Notes: a model not told the origin generated them from the sequence alone. A stretch of 64,000 bases of DNA from Alphaproteobacteria bacterium (GCA_019233975.1 JAFALY010000035.1:65819-129818), one strand, 5' to 3'. Shown: positions 40,992-51,744, counted from the stretch's first letter. Translations and numbers: made by a program.

Positions 40992-41013
40992 GCGGTCACG
41001 CAACGCAGTTCAT

Positions 41014-41042
41014 AAACCTCGCCAGCAATGGCGGGGTTTTTT
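41014..41042 (+). terminator. Intrinsic terminator after phasin
   Basis: aaacctcgcca-gcaa-tggcggggttt plus T-run. Confidence 0.8.
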
Positions 41043-41164
41043 GTTGCTATGCAAAAACGCGGCGGTTCATCAACAGGCTCCGTGCATCGTTTAGCCATTG
41101 TTTTCAGCCTGACCAGCCGTTACTAAAGACACATACTGTCAAAGCTATTTTTGCGGGTCATAGA

Positions 41165-42487
41165 GTGGTCAAGATTGTTTGTATCCATACCGCCAACGTC
41201 ACGGACAGGCTTATTAACACCGGGATCGTGGACTATACTGCGTTGATGGCGGCCTTGCAGGGCAAGGGGGATCAGATCGCCGGCTTGTTCATGTCCGATG
41301 CGGCGTCCGCTGATTTGCGGATACCGGATGCCTGGCCCGGTTATGACGATCATCTATCTGCCGAAGAATCCATGCGCCAGTTCCCGCAAGAAGAGTTTCA
41401 GACAATGGTCGGTGCGGCGGCAATGTGCGAAAAAGCTTTGCCTGTATTGGTCGTCAATATGGGCGAGCGTACCGGTTTCCGTCTTTCGCCTGAGACATTG
41501 CACAACTATCCGGTTGTTGCCGTTTCTCACGAATTCATGCGATTGGATGGGGAGCGAAGGATCTTGCGGTTGCGGCAATTTTGTGCGGCCGACCAAATTC
41601 TGTTTACAAACGAAGAAGAACGCGATGCGGCCCTGACCGCTATGCGCGATGTTTTTGGCGACGCGCGCGCCGCCAGTATGGCACAAAAAATTTCAGTCTA
41701 CCCCGTGCCATCAAACATTGTGCCGCCGGCCCGATTGGCAGAGCCGACTGATCGTGCCCCGAACGTCGTGGTTTTCGGCGTCATCAAGGCGCGCAAGGGG
41801 TTGGAAAAAGTGCCGCTCATGGCGCAACAGATCAAAGACGACCCCACGCTGACGGGCCGCAAAATAATTCTGATGGGTTCCGTTCCGACCCATGGCGGCG
41901 AAGATGGACAGGATGGCGGTTCCATCTTGCGTGATTTGCTGCCCCAGGTCTTCGGCCCGCAGGAGGGGCTTGCTGGCAAAAGTGACGCGGATCTGGTCGT
42001 CCTCGCCCTGCAGCTGGAGCGGTCAGTACGTCTTGAGGATCGCCTGCTGCCCATCGAATTACGGTTGAATGAGCCGATGGAGGAAGTCAGTCACGTCCTC
42101 AGTCAAAACCGTTATTGCTTCCTGCCGTTGCCGCGTGGTGCGACGGGGCATAGCGGGACGCTGGCGGCGGCGCTCGAACACCATATGATCACCTTCATTG
42201 CGCGCAATCCGGACGGGTTGACGCCGGACATATTGCAAAACGGGTGCGTTTATTTGCCCGACAGGCCGGAAGATTTCGTGGTCACCATGAAGCGGCATGA
42301 AAAGGAACAAGCCCGCAACCCCCGTATGGAGACGGCGATGGTTGCCGCGGGCGACCCCTATCGCGACGCGATAGGCTGGCCGGGTCTTATACGTCTGGTG
42401 AATGGCATGGCACGCAAAGCGGTTGCATTGCATTACGGTAATCAGGCCATAGCGGATGCCACTTGTGCGGCAGATTGCGCGTTATAA
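41165..42487 (+). CDS. Divergent GT-B (family 4-like) glycosyltransferase
   Basis: GIVDYT, HEF, ADQILFTN, PVPSNI, FGVI..RKGLE, LPLPRG.T.HSGTLAAALEH. Confidence 0.6.
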   Translation: MVKIVCIHTANVTDRLINTGIVDYTALMAALQGKGDQIAGLFMSDAASADLRIPDAWPGYDDHLSAEESMRQFPQEEFQTMVGAAAMCEKALPVLVVNMGERTGFRLSPETLHNYPVVAVSHEFMRLDGERRILRLRQFCAADQILFTNEEERDAALTAMRDVFGDARAASMAQKISVYPVPSNIVPPARLAEPTDRAPNVVVFGVIKARKGLEKVPLMAQQIKDDPTLTGRKIILMGSVPTHGGEDGQDGGSILRDLLPQVFGPQEGLAGKSDADLVVLALQLERSVRLEDRLLPIELRLNEPMEEVSHVLSQNRYCFLPLPRGATGHSGTLAAALEHHMITFIARNPDGLTPDILQNGCVYLPDRPEDFVVTMKRHEKEQARNPRMETAMVAAGDPYRDAIGWPGLIRLVNGMARKAVALHYGNQAIADATCAADCAL

Positions 42488-43291
42488 GTTCTGTTGCCGT
42501 AAATCGCACACAGAACGACTGGTATCCAGTGACGCAACCGCATCCGCCTTGACGCCGCCCGCCAGCATGTGGCGCGTCAGATGTTCGTAATAGGCAATGA
42601 ATTGGCAGATGGCGTCACGGCGTTCTGGGGGCAGGGCGGCAGGCGGCAGTTGCATCAACCCCGCTTCCTGTTCCGACCGCCAGTCAACCACGACATCAAA
42701 TGACGGTGCGGCCAGATACAGTGTTTTATCAAAGCGGTCGAACCATGGGCGATAGATGTCCGTTAACGCTTTGTTCCACGCCGTGCGCCACCTTGCCTCG
42801 GCATCCTGTTCGCGTTCCAATGCGTTGACAGGCGTTGTGAGGGTATCGGGTGTTATGGGCGTCGCGCCAACGCACCAGCCGTCGATAATAATGGCCGTCG
42901 GACGCCCTTTGAAAACCGGCCATGTATGTTGTGGAGCGCGGTCATCCTGCAACTTGTCAAACGCGGGAATCGGCGTTTCTGTATCCGGCTTTGCGCTTGA
43001 CAGTTGGTCGATGACGGATTGACCCAGCGTAATGTCATGTGTGCCCGGCACGCCGCGCACGGCAAACAGAGGGTGGATGGCGGCGGCCATCTTCTGCCGC
43101 TCTGCCTTGGTCAGGTAAATATCGTCGATGGAGAAATGTGCAGCACCGAATTGCTGTGCCGCCTGTCGCGCATAGGTCGTTTTACCGCTGCCCTGACAGC
43201 CGCCGATGCCGATAATAGGCGGCGCGCCATCCGCGCGCGGATGATTGATCCAATCCCCCAGCAGCGACAGCAGGCGCGGGTCAAGGCTCAC
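42482..43291 (-). CDS. P-loop kinase, D-glycerate 3-kinase (GLYK)-like
   Basis: GCQGSGKTT, SIDD.YLT, RGVPGTHD, FDK..DDR, DGWCVG. GTG start overlaps era stop (GTGA). Confidence 0.8.
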   Translation of the reverse strand: MSLDPRLLSLLGDWINHPRADGAPPIIGIGGCQGSGKTTYARQAAQQFGAAHFSIDDIYLTKAERQKMAAAIHPLFAVRGVPGTHDITLGQSVIDQLSSAKPDTETPIPAFDKLQDDRAPQHTWPVFKGRPTAIIIDGWCVGATPITPDTLTTPVNALEREQDAEARWRTAWNKALTDIYRPWFDRFDKTLYLAAPSFDVVVDWRSEQEAGLMQLPPAALPPERRDAICQFIAYYEHLTRHMLAGGVKADAVASLDTSRSVCDLRQQNL

Positions 43292-44343
43292 TGCTTTGCG
43301 AACTCCAGCCCGAACATGCGATAAAATTCGGGCCTGTCCTGCCATTTCTCATCGCATTTCACGTCCAGGAACAAATGCACGCGGTGACCCAGAAAGCGTT
43401 CCAGATCGCGCCGCGCCGCTTCGCCTATTTGCTTGATGCGCGCGCCGCCTTTGCCCAAAACCATCGGCCTGTGCGTGGCGCGTTCGATGACGATGGATTG
43501 ATGCAGCGTGGCCGATCCGTCCGCGCGGTTTTCCCATTTCTCAGGTACAACGGTCGCGCCATAGGGCAGTTCCTGCTGCAATTGGCGGAACAATTGTTCC
43601 CGCGTGATCTCTGCCGCCAGCAATTGCGTGGGCAGGTCGCTCAGTTGGTCTTCGCCAAAAAACCACGGCCCCTTGGGCATGCGTGCGCCCAGATAATGCT
43701 TCAGGTCATTGACGCCGTCGCCATCCATCGCCGATATCATAAAGACAGCATCGAAAATGCCGGCTTCGTGCAACCGCGCCGCGAGTGGTAACAACGCGGA
43801 TTTCTGTACTGTGTCTACTTTGTTGAGAACCAAAGCTACCTGCCTTTTCTGGCGCTGCAGTTCGGCGATGATGGCGTCGGTTTTCGTGTCGTGACGCAGG
43901 CTGGCATCGACCAGCAGGATAATCGCGTCCGCACTATCCAACGCACCCCACGCGGCCTGTACCATGGCGTGGTCCAGACGGCGCTTGGGCGCAAAAATAC
44001 CGGGTGTATCCACGAAACCGATCTGCACCGCGCCTTCGGTCATCACACCCGTGATACGCATGCGCGTTGTCTGCGGCTTGGGGCTGGTGATCGAGATTTT
44101 CTGGCCGACCAGACGATTTAAGAGGGTGGATTTACCCGCGTTCGGCGCACCAACGATGGCGACAAACCCTGCGCGGGTTTCGGGCACTGCCTTCGGTTTG
44201 GGTGGCAGTTTGGTCGCGGCAGGTTTCGGGGTGGCCGATTGAGCTTTGGCAGGCTTTGCCTTGCCTGCTGGTTTGGCTTTTGCAGTTGCTGTTCTTGGTT
44301 TGGCTTTGGTTTTGTTTGCGGGTTTTGGCGGGGTTTTGGTCAT
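43288..44343 (-). CDS. era: GTPase Era with basic N-terminal extension
   Basis: GAPNAGKST, PQTTR, DTPG, NKVD, KH domain. Confidence 0.96.
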   Translation of the reverse strand: MTKTPPKPANKTKAKPRTATAKAKPAGKAKPAKAQSATPKPAATKLPPKPKAVPETRAGFVAIVGAPNAGKSTLLNRLVGQKISITSPKPQTTRMRITGVMTEGAVQIGFVDTPGIFAPKRRLDHAMVQAAWGALDSADAIILLVDASLRHDTKTDAIIAELQRQKRQVALVLNKVDTVQKSALLPLAARLHEAGIFDAVFMISAMDGDGVNDLKHYLGARMPKGPWFFGEDQLSDLPTQLLAAEITREQLFRQLQQELPYGATVVPEKWENRADGSATLHQSIVIERATHRPMVLGKGGARIKQIGEAARRDLERFLGHRVHLFLDVKCDEKWQDRPEFYRMFGLEFAKQ

Positions 44344-45092
44344 GCTTTGCCTCCGGCACCTGTGTGCGTGTTGCTTAATACGTGATTCAATAATGATGCC
44401 GCCGCTGCTTTCTGCGCGGCGCGCTTGGAATCGCCGCTGGCCGTCATCGGCGGGTGCCCTTTCAGGCTGACTTCAATGACAAAACGCGGCGCATGCGCGG
44501 GGCCCGTGTGCTCCAGCACCTTGTATTGCGGTAGAGGCAGGGCTTGCGCTTGTGCCCATTCCTGTAGTGCTGTTTTGGGGTCGGCGGGCGCCTCGGCAAT
44601 CGCGATATCTTTTTGCCAGTAACGATGGATAAAGGCGCTGGCCACCAAAAGGCCGCCATCCAGATACAGGGCGCCAATCAAGGCTTCGAGCGCATCGGAC
44701 AACGTGGCGAGGTTCTTGCGCGCCGCTGTCACGTTTTCACCGCGCGCGACGCGGATGAAACTGCCCAGGCCGATTTCGATCGCAACCTGACGCAGCGCAT
44801 CGCGGTTGACGAGTGCGGCATGACGTTTGGCCAGATCGCCTTCGTTGGCATCCGGGTATTGTTGATACAGCCATTCTGCGATAATCAGGCCCAGGACGCG
44901 GTCGCCCAGAAATTCCAGACGTTCATAGGGCGCGCCGCCTTTGCGCTTCTGCCTGTTCGCACCAGACAGGGATGGATGCGTCAGCGCCGCCTGCAACAAA
45001 CGCGGGTCGTTGAAGGTATGGCCGACGCGCGTCATCAGCTCAGCAATATCATCCTGCCTGCTCGCGGCTGTGGTTTTTGAAGTGTTTGTCAT
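44340..45092 (-). CDS. rnc: Ribonuclease III
   Basis: ALTHPS, ERLEFLGD, DALEALIGA, DPKT.LQE. Confidence 0.97.
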   Translation of the reverse strand: MTNTSKTTAASRQDDIAELMTRVGHTFNDPRLLQAALTHPSLSGANRQKRKGGAPYERLEFLGDRVLGLIIAEWLYQQYPDANEGDLAKRHAALVNRDALRQVAIEIGLGSFIRVARGENVTAARKNLATLSDALEALIGALYLDGGLLVASAFIHRYWQKDIAIAEAPADPKTALQEWAQAQALPLPQYKVLEHTGPAHAPRFVIEVSLKGHPPMTASGDSKRAAQKAAAASLLNHVLSNTHTGAGGKA

Positions 45093-45853
45093 TACCTGAT
45101 CTTCGTGAATAAGCGATCCCAACGGACGGATGTCGGCCATTTCCAGAACTGCCAGAACGGCGCGCCGTCGCTCAGCGACAGGAACAAAAACTCCGCATGC
45201 CCCACCAGATTTTCTTCGGGCACAAAACCGACCATTTTGGTGCGACTGTCCTGCGAATTATCGCGGTTATCTCCCATGAAGAAGTAATGATGCGCCGGAA
45301 CGACAAACACATCCGTGTTGTCCAGCGGCATATTGTCGCCTTCCTTGCGGATGATATGCGTGACGCCACCCGGCAGCGTTTCCTGATAATCGGTGGTGGC
45401 TGTGCGGACAGGCGGCAATTGCTCGCCGGTCAGGGGGTGTTGCAGACGGTCGCGGTCAACAGGAACGCCGTTGATATACAGAATGCCCTGGCGCATTTGC
45501 ACGGTGTCGCCGGGCAGGCCGATCAGACGCTTGATGTAATCCGTCGTGTTATCGCGTGGCGTTTTGAAGACGACCACATCACCGCGTTTGGGTTCGTTCC
45601 CTAACAGACGACCCTTGAAAGGAATCAGACCCCAGAATGTCCCCATGTTGCCATAGCCGTAACTGTATTTGCTGACGAACAGATAGTCACCAATCAGCAG
45701 TGTCGGCACCATGGAGCTGGAGGGTATGTTGAACGGTTCGAAAGCCAGAGTGCGGATGCTAAGCGCAATCAGCATAGCCAGTAAAAGCGTACGAAAAGTC
45801 TCTTTTATGCCGCCATCTGTTGGCGGGGTTTCACTGGTTGGTTTGTCGGTCAT
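45092..45853 (-). CDS. lepB: Signal peptidase I
   Basis: IPSSSMVPTL, YIKR, MGDNRDNSQDSR. Confidence 0.97.
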   Translation of the reverse strand: MTDKPTSETPPTDGGIKETFRTLLLAMLIALSIRTLAFEPFNIPSSSMVPTLLIGDYLFVSKYSYGYGNMGTFWGLIPFKGRLLGNEPKRGDVVVFKTPRDNTTDYIKRLIGLPGDTVQMRQGILYINGVPVDRDRLQHPLTGEQLPPVRTATTDYQETLPGGVTHIIRKEGDNMPLDNTDVFVVPAHHYFFMGDNRDNSQDSRTKMVGFVPEENLVGHAEFLFLSLSDGAPFWQFWKWPTSVRWDRLFTKIR

Positions 45854-46162
45854 AAAAACTCTGTGGTTACAGGGCAACGGGACTCAGGGTCTGCGGTTCT
45901 AAAGGATATGTAAAATCGTGTGAAGGGGCACGTGATTTTGGGCGTGAATTGGAAATATAAGCCTCTAATAGTTTCATGAAATTATATTCAACGGACAGCA
46001 CAGCGTCGATTATTGGTAACATATTGATAATAATAATAAAATTGTTTTTCTCGAAATGAGAAAATTCAGTTGAATGCGCGACTTCGCCTGTGCCAGTATG
46101 CCTTCAAGACAACTTAAAGCGAATGTTTTCTTAACGTTGTGGTTTAGTAGGGAGTGTAAAAA

Positions 46163-46588
46163 GTGGGTGATTCATTGACCAGCCGAGATCAGATGATTGG
46201 CCTAGCGGCCCAGATCGTTGCGTCTTATGTCGGCAATCATACGGTATCGACGCAGGAAATTCCGCAGTTGATGACCGTTGTTTATCAAGGCCTGATGCGT
46301 CTTGGCCAGGAAGGCAGCGCAGAACGTCCGGAACCCGCCGTTTCGCCGAAAAAGTCCATTTTCCCTGACTACATCGTTTGTCTCGAAGATGGAAAGAAAT
46401 TGAAGATGCTGCGTCGCCATCTGAAGACCGCGTACAATATGACGCCAGAGCAGTATCGCGAACGTTGGAGCCTGCCGTTGGATTATCCGATGGTTGCGCC
46501 GAACTATGCCCGTCAGCGCAGCAAGCTGGCGAAGCAGATCGGTCTTGGCACCGTGCGCCGCGAAACCAGCAGCCGCAAGGCCGCCTAA
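46163..46588 (+). CDS. mucR: MucR/Ros family regulator
   Basis: AQIVASYV, PAV..KKS, CLEDGK.LKMLRRHL, YPMVAPNY; AT-rich upstream region. Confidence 0.95.
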   Translation: MGDSLTSRDQMIGLAAQIVASYVGNHTVSTQEIPQLMTVVYQGLMRLGQEGSAERPEPAVSPKKSIFPDYIVCLEDGKKLKMLRRHLKTAYNMTPEQYRERWSLPLDYPMVAPNYARQRSKLAKQIGLGTVRRETSSRKAA

Positions 46589-46609
46589 GCGTCAGGCATA
46601 CACAATAGT

Positions 46610-46641
46610 AAAGGGGTGGAACCAGGTTCCACCCCTTTTTT
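46610..46641 (+). terminator. Intrinsic terminator after mucR
   Basis: aaaggggtggaacc-a-ggttccacccc plus T-run. Confidence 0.85.
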
Positions 46642-46730
46642 GTTGGGCGGTGTGACTTCTACATGCTTTTATTATGGCGCTTAAGGTTGTATGACCAAGC
46701 GCTGGCGAAACTATGGTATGGCCCCATTCA

Positions 46731-47579
46731 ATGACAACAGACACGATGACTCATCCCGCTTATCCGGTCTTGCGCTTTGGCAATCTTGAAGTGCGTCTGG
46801 CCACCACGCTTGCGGAAGTCGATGCTGCGCAAGCGTTGCGTTACAAAGTGTTTTACGAAGAAATGGGCGCCCAGCCGACGGATGAAATGCTGGCGCGCAA
46901 ACGCGACTTTGACCGCTACGATGAGCATTGCCAGCATTTGCTGATTATCGACCATAAACTTGAAAACAGCCCGATCGTCGGTACGTACCGCATGATCCGC
47001 CGCTGTGCGGCTGAAAAATGCGGTGGGTTCTATTCATCAACCGAATATGACATCTCCGCGATCGTGGAATATCCGGGCGAGCTTCTGGAACTGGGCCGCT
47101 CCTGCATCGCTGCTGATTACCGTACCGGCGCTGTCATGCAGATCCTCTGGCGCGGTATCGCGGCCTTCATCGTTGCTTATGATGTGAAGTTGCTGTTCGG
47201 TTGCGCCAGCTTCCAGGGCACGGATGTTGAAAAACTGACGCTGCCTTTGTCTTATCTCTATCATCATCATCTGGCGCCGCCTGCGCTGCGTGCCAGGGCG
47301 TTGCCCGGACGTTATGTCGATATGTGCCGGTTGCCGCGTGAGGCGTTCGATCCGAACACGGCGTTCGATAAATTGAAATTCGACCCGCGCGGGGGCAGCC
47401 AATCACTGCCGCCGCTGATCAAGGGGTACATCCGCGTTGGCTGCGCCGTCGGTGATGGCGCCGTGATCGACGAACAATTTAATACCACCGATATTTTTAT
47501 CGTTGTTAAAACCGACCTGATCGCCGACCGCTATACCAAGCATTACGATCTGGAACGCAAAACCCCGACGGCTGAATAA
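46731..47579 (+). CDS. olsB: Ornithine N-acyltransferase (GNAT_5)
   Basis: AQALRY.VFYEEMGA, D.D.YD, VGTYR, ELGRSC, LFGCASF, LPPLIKGY.R.G, DEQFNTTD. Confidence 0.88.
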   Translation: MTTDTMTHPAYPVLRFGNLEVRLATTLAEVDAAQALRYKVFYEEMGAQPTDEMLARKRDFDRYDEHCQHLLIIDHKLENSPIVGTYRMIRRCAAEKCGGFYSSTEYDISAIVEYPGELLELGRSCIAADYRTGAVMQILWRGIAAFIVAYDVKLLFGCASFQGTDVEKLTLPLSYLYHHHLAPPALRARALPGRYVDMCRLPREAFDPNTAFDKLKFDPRGGSQSLPPLIKGYIRVGCAVGDGAVIDEQFNTTDIFIVVKTDLIADRYTKHYDLERKTPTAE

Positions 47580-47609
47580 AGCGAAGCGGGGCAGGGAAGA
47601 AGGATTGCC

Positions 47610-48476
47610 ATGAGTGTAGAAGCCACAGAAACAACCGCGCCGGTGTATGACCTGCCCGATGCGTGGAAAGGGTCTGCCTTTTTGGGCGGACTGCGGCTTG
47701 CTTGCTTTGTCGTTATGGTGATGGGGCTTTTCGCTTTCTATCATGGCATATTGTTGCCATTCAAACTCAACCGCTACACCATGTGCCGTCGTTTTCACGC
47801 GCTGTTTCTGAAATTGCTGAACGTCAAACTGCGTGTGCATGGTGCGCCCACAGACGGGCAGATCATGTTTGTCTCCAACCACACATGCCCGTTTGATATT
47901 CCGGTCATCGGCTCCATCTGCACGGCGTCCTTTGTCGCTAAATCGGAAATGAATGGCTGGCCGGTCATCAACCATATGTGCGACATGCAGGAGACCATCT
48001 TTATCGTGCGCCGCGCCGGACACTTGCGTGAACAGCAGAATGATTTGCAGAATGCCATCGATGCCGGACGCAGCCTGATCATGTTCCCGGAAGGCACAAC
48101 CGGGCTGGGGACCGATGCACTGCCCTTTAACAGCAGCTTGTTCAGCATCCCCATGACCCCTGATAACGCCAAGCGCCTGAAGGTGCAGCCGATGGTTGTG
48201 ACGATCACCGAAATTGCCGGTATTCCCGTCACACCGGAACGCCGCGAATTCTGCGCCTGGTACAGGCCGGAAGACGATCTGGCTAACTATGCCTGGAAAG
48301 TCATGAAAGTGCCGTCTCTGACCATCGATGTCACATTCTTCCCGGCGGTTGATCCGCGCGATTATGCAGACCGCAAAGCCCTGTCTCGTGCAATGTACGA
48401 CCAGATAGCGGGCTGCATTCGCCAATTGAACGCGGAAGCGGTGCAAAAAGATTCAGAAAGAAAGCGAATTGCCTGA
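47610..48476 (+). CDS. Lysophospholipid / lyso-ornithine lipid acyltransferase (OlsA/PlsC family)
   Basis: NH.cpfD, FVAKSE, FPEGTT; follows olsB. Confidence 0.85.
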   Translation: MSVEATETTAPVYDLPDAWKGSAFLGGLRLACFVVMVMGLFAFYHGILLPFKLNRYTMCRRFHALFLKLLNVKLRVHGAPTDGQIMFVSNHTCPFDIPVIGSICTASFVAKSEMNGWPVINHMCDMQETIFIVRRAGHLREQQNDLQNAIDAGRSLIMFPEGTTGLGTDALPFNSSLFSIPMTPDNAKRLKVQPMVVTITEIAGIPVTPERREFCAWYRPEDDLANYAWKVMKVPSLTIDVTFFPAVDPRDYADRKALSRAMYDQIAGCIRQLNAEAVQKDSERKRIA

Positions 48477-48477
48477 C

Positions 48478-49812
48478 ATGCAGAAAAAAGTGCACATCAA
48501 AACCTGGGGCTGCCAGATGAATGTATACGACTCGGCGCGCATGGCCGATGTCGTGGCGCCGCTGGGTTTTGCGCCGACCGACGAAGCGGCTGACGCCGAT
48601 CTGGTTATTTTTAACACCTGCCATATTCGTGAGAAAGCGACTGAAAAGCTGTTTTCCGAACTGGGGCGGTTGCGGCCACACCAGCAGGCCAAGCAGGATG
48701 CCGGTGGGCGCATGATGGTTGCCGTCGCCGGATGCGTGGCGCAGGCCGAAGGGGCTGAGATCCAGCGTCGTGCCCCGTTCGTCGATATGGTGTTCGGGCC
48801 GCAGACTTACCACCAACTGCCTGAGATGATCGCGCGCGTGACCCGTGGTGCCGGTGCGGTTTTGAATACGGAGTTTCCACCGGAACCAAAATTCGACGCG
48901 TTGCCCGAAGACAGAACTGCGCCGGGCATCAGCGCGTTTTTATCGGTACAGGAAGGGTGCGATAAATTCTGCACCTTCTGCGTCGTTCCCTATACGCGCG
49001 GCGCCGAATATTCACGCAGCGTGCAGGCGATTGTTGATGAGGCGCAGCGTCTGGTCGCAGCCGGTGCGCGTGAAATCACGGTTCTGGGGCAAAATGTCAA
49101 CGCGTTCCATGGCGAAGGGCCGGATGGCACCGTCTGGGGGCTGGGCCGCCTGTTCCACCGTCTGGCGGAAATAGACGGGTTGCAACGCCTGCGCTACACC
49201 ACATCGCATCCGCGCGATATGGGCGATGATCTGATTGCCGCGCATCGCGACCTGCCGCAATTGATGCCGTTTTTGCATCTGCCGGTACAAAGCGGGTCGG
49301 ATGCCATTCTGGAAGCGATGAACCGCAAACATACAGCGGATGATTATCGCCGCATTGTCGATAAACTGCGTACCGCGCGGCCTAACCTTGCGCTGTCATC
49401 CGACTTTATCGTCGGTTTCCCGGGTGAAACGGACAAGGATTTCGAAGCCAGTTTGCAACTGATCCGCGATGTCGGCTTTGCGCAGGCCTATTCGTTTAAA
49501 TACAGCCGTCGCCCGGGCACGCCCGCCGCCGCCATGACAAACCAGATCGCCGAAGCCGTTAAGGATGAAAGGCTGCAGGCCTTGCAGCAGCTGTTGCGTG
49601 ATCAGCAGGATGCCTTTAACCGTTCGATGATCGGTCAAACCCTGCCTGTCCTGTTTGACGGCCCAAGCCGTCGCGAAGGGCATATGTACGGCCGTACCGC
49701 CTTTATGCAGGCCGTGTATGTCGAAGGCCCTGCGCGTATGCAAGGGCATGAATTGCCGGTTACCATCACGGCGGCGGGCACGAACAGCCTGACCGGTCAT
49801 ATCGCGGTCTGA
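48478..49812 (+). CDS. miaB: tRNA-i6A37 methylthiotransferase
   Basis: [20 protein letters not shown] radical-SAM motif, TRAM domain. Confidence 0.97.
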   Translation: MQKKVHIKTWGCQMNVYDSARMADVVAPLGFAPTDEAADADLVIFNTCHIREKATEKLFSELGRLRPHQQAKQDAGGRMMVAVAGCVAQAEGAEIQRRAPFVDMVFGPQTYHQLPEMIARVTRGAGAVLNTEFPPEPKFDALPEDRTAPGISAFLSVQEGCDKFCTFCVVPYTRGAEYSRSVQAIVDEAQRLVAAGAREITVLGQNVNAFHGEGPDGTVWGLGRLFHRLAEIDGLQRLRYTTSHPRDMGDDLIAAHRDLPQLMPFLHLPVQSGSDAILEAMNRKHTADDYRRIVDKLRTARPNLALSSDFIVGFPGETDKDFEASLQLIRDVGFAQAYSFKYSRRPGTPAAAMTNQIAEAVKDERLQALQQLLRDQQDAFNRSMIGQTLPVLFDGPSRREGHMYGRTAFMQAVYVEGPARMQGHELPVTITAAGTNSLTGHIAV

Positions 49813-50131
49813 CATCCGTCATTAACACTTTAACCATTACATTTGTATTGATTGCGTGCGCGGGAATTTGTACAAATCGCGCAGTTATTTTTATCAATGT
49901 TTTTTGTGGGTGGTTGTTATGTTTGGTTTGGGTGGTGGTGATTACAAAGGTCCGCCGACAGATGCAAAGACAAAAGATCAACGTAAGGCGGAAAAGGCAG
50001 CAAGGCCGACACCTACAAATAATGGTAGTTCTTCTGACCGGGGCGGTCGGCTGCCTAATGGTCCCAGATAAACAGATTCCGGCCGCGCATCCTGTGTTAT
50101 AACACCTCATCCGAATCAATGGGAGGATGCC

Positions 50132-50749
50132 ATGGCCAAACGCCCCGCCGCCGCACGTGCCGTTCCTTCAGCCTACAGCGACCTTGAAATTGCCATAGAA
50201 CATAAGGGCTGGGACAGCATTCGCGGCCTGCGCCCGTTGTTGGGTCGTGCCGCCGAAATGACCTTGGCGCATCTGCCCGAAAAATACCGGTTTCCGGTTG
50301 CCTTTACCGTCCTGCTGACAGGCGATAAACAGGTTGAAACCCTGAACCACGACTATCGCGGGCAGAAGAAACCAACCAATGTTTTGTCCTTTCCGCAGGT
50401 GGAACCCGAAGACCTGACGCGCCTTGGCAAGACGGTCAAAGGGCAGAAAAATGCCGCTTTGTGCATCGGCGATATCGCCATGGCCTATCAATATATGGTA
50501 GTTGAGGCGAAAAATGATAACAAGATATTGAAAAATCATGCCGCTCACCTATTAATTCATGGTATTTTGCATCTTTTCGGCTATGATCATCTAACTGACC
50601 CGGAGGCGGGTCGTATGGAACGGTTGGAAACAAAGATCATGGCTGCGCTTGGTCTTCCCGATCCTTACGTGGCCCCTCCCAGAACGGAGCCAAAAAAGGC
50701 GAAAACCGTGGGCAAACAACGTAGCACCCGCGCCAAGCCGAAGCGATGA
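50132..50749 (+). CDS. ybeY: rRNA maturation endoribonuclease
   Basis: LN.DYR..KKPTNVLSFP, HGILHLFGYDH. Confidence 0.95.
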   Translation: MAKRPAAARAVPSAYSDLEIAIEHKGWDSIRGLRPLLGRAAEMTLAHLPEKYRFPVAFTVLLTGDKQVETLNHDYRGQKKPTNVLSFPQVEPEDLTRLGKTVKGQKNAALCIGDIAMAYQYMVVEAKNDNKILKNHAAHLLIHGILHLFGYDHLTDPEAGRMERLETKIMAALGLPDPYVAPPRTEPKKAKTVGKQRSTRAKPKR

Positions 50750-51744
50750 ACGACCCTTCCCCATCCCCTCAGGGCAAGATTGCCGAGAAAACCAAACTTG
50801 CCGGTACGGGCGCAGAAGAGCCGCGAACGTGGACCGAGCGCCTATGGCGCGCCCTGCATAACCTCTTGCGCCCGCCCGCCGATGTCGAGGATTTGCGCGA
50901 GGTTGTCGAAGAACTGATCGAAGAACCCCTGTCCGAATCCGGACTGTCGCAGGAAGAACATGTCCTGCTGACGCACCTGATGACACTGCGCGAACGCAAG
51001 GTCAGCGATTGCATGATCCAGCGCACCGATATCATATCGGCGGCAGATGACGCTTCGCTCAGCGATCTTGTCGATCTGATGGCCGCGCACGGCCACAGCC
51101 GCATCCCCATCTATCGTGAAACGCTGGATGACGTTGTTGGCATGGTGCATATCAAGGACATCATGCCCTGTATTGCCTATCAGCAAACACGCAGCGTCGC
51201 GGATTTACTGCGTCCTGTTTTGTTTGTGGCCCCTTCCATGGCGGCGGCAAAGCTGTTGTTGCAAATGCGCCAGACGCGCCACCATGTGGCAATGGTGGTC
51301 GATGAATTCGGCGGTATCGACGGCATGGTGACCATCGGTGATCTGGTGGAACAGGTGGTGGGTGAGATTGAAGACGAACACGACGCGCCGCCTGCGCCCA
51401 TGCTGGTGCGCCGCGCGGATAACACCTTGTTGATCGACGCGCGCATGACCATCGACGATTTCGAAAGCCAGACGGGCCAGCTTTTGCCGCTGCATGCCGA
51501 TGACGATATCGACACGCTGGGCGGTTATGTCGCGCATCTGGCAGGCCGCATGCCGCAGATTGGCGAAAAGATTGTCAGCCAGAACGCCGTGTTCGAGGTT
51601 CTGGAAATGGATCAGGGTCGCATTCGTCGCCTGCGTATGCGTCCGATGCCTGCGCCATCGACGGAATCAAAAGACGGGGCCGCCGCATCATCGGCATCCG
51701 CAGATGCCGCAACCCCGACCGCACAGCGTGTCCGCGTTGGTTGA
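50746..51744 (+). CDS. corC: CBS-pair/CorC-HlyC protein (YbeX/CorC)
   Basis: HSRIP, VVDEFGG.DG, GEIEDEHD, DTLGG. Confidence 0.88.
   Translation: MNDPSPSPQGKIAEKTKLAGTGAEEPRTWTERLWRALHNLLRPPADVEDLREVVEELIEEPLSESGLSQEEHVLLTHLMTLRERKVSDCMIQRTDIISAADDASLSDLVDLMAAHGHSRIPIYRETLDDVVGMVHIKDIMPCIAYQQTRSVADLLRPVLFVAPSMAAAKLLLQMRQTRHHVAMVVDEFGGIDGMVTIGDLVEQVVGEIEDEHDAPPAPMLVRRADNTLLIDARMTIDDFESQTGQLLPLHADDDIDTLGGYVAHLAGRMPQIGEKIVSQNAVFEVLEMDQGRIRRLRMRPMPAPSTESKDGAAASSASADAATPTAQRVRVG

Noticed and set aside
46163-46588. MucR lacking a canonical Cys2His2 zinc site (C-x2-D...H...Y)
   Set aside because: Such substitutions are already well known in the Ros/MucR family.
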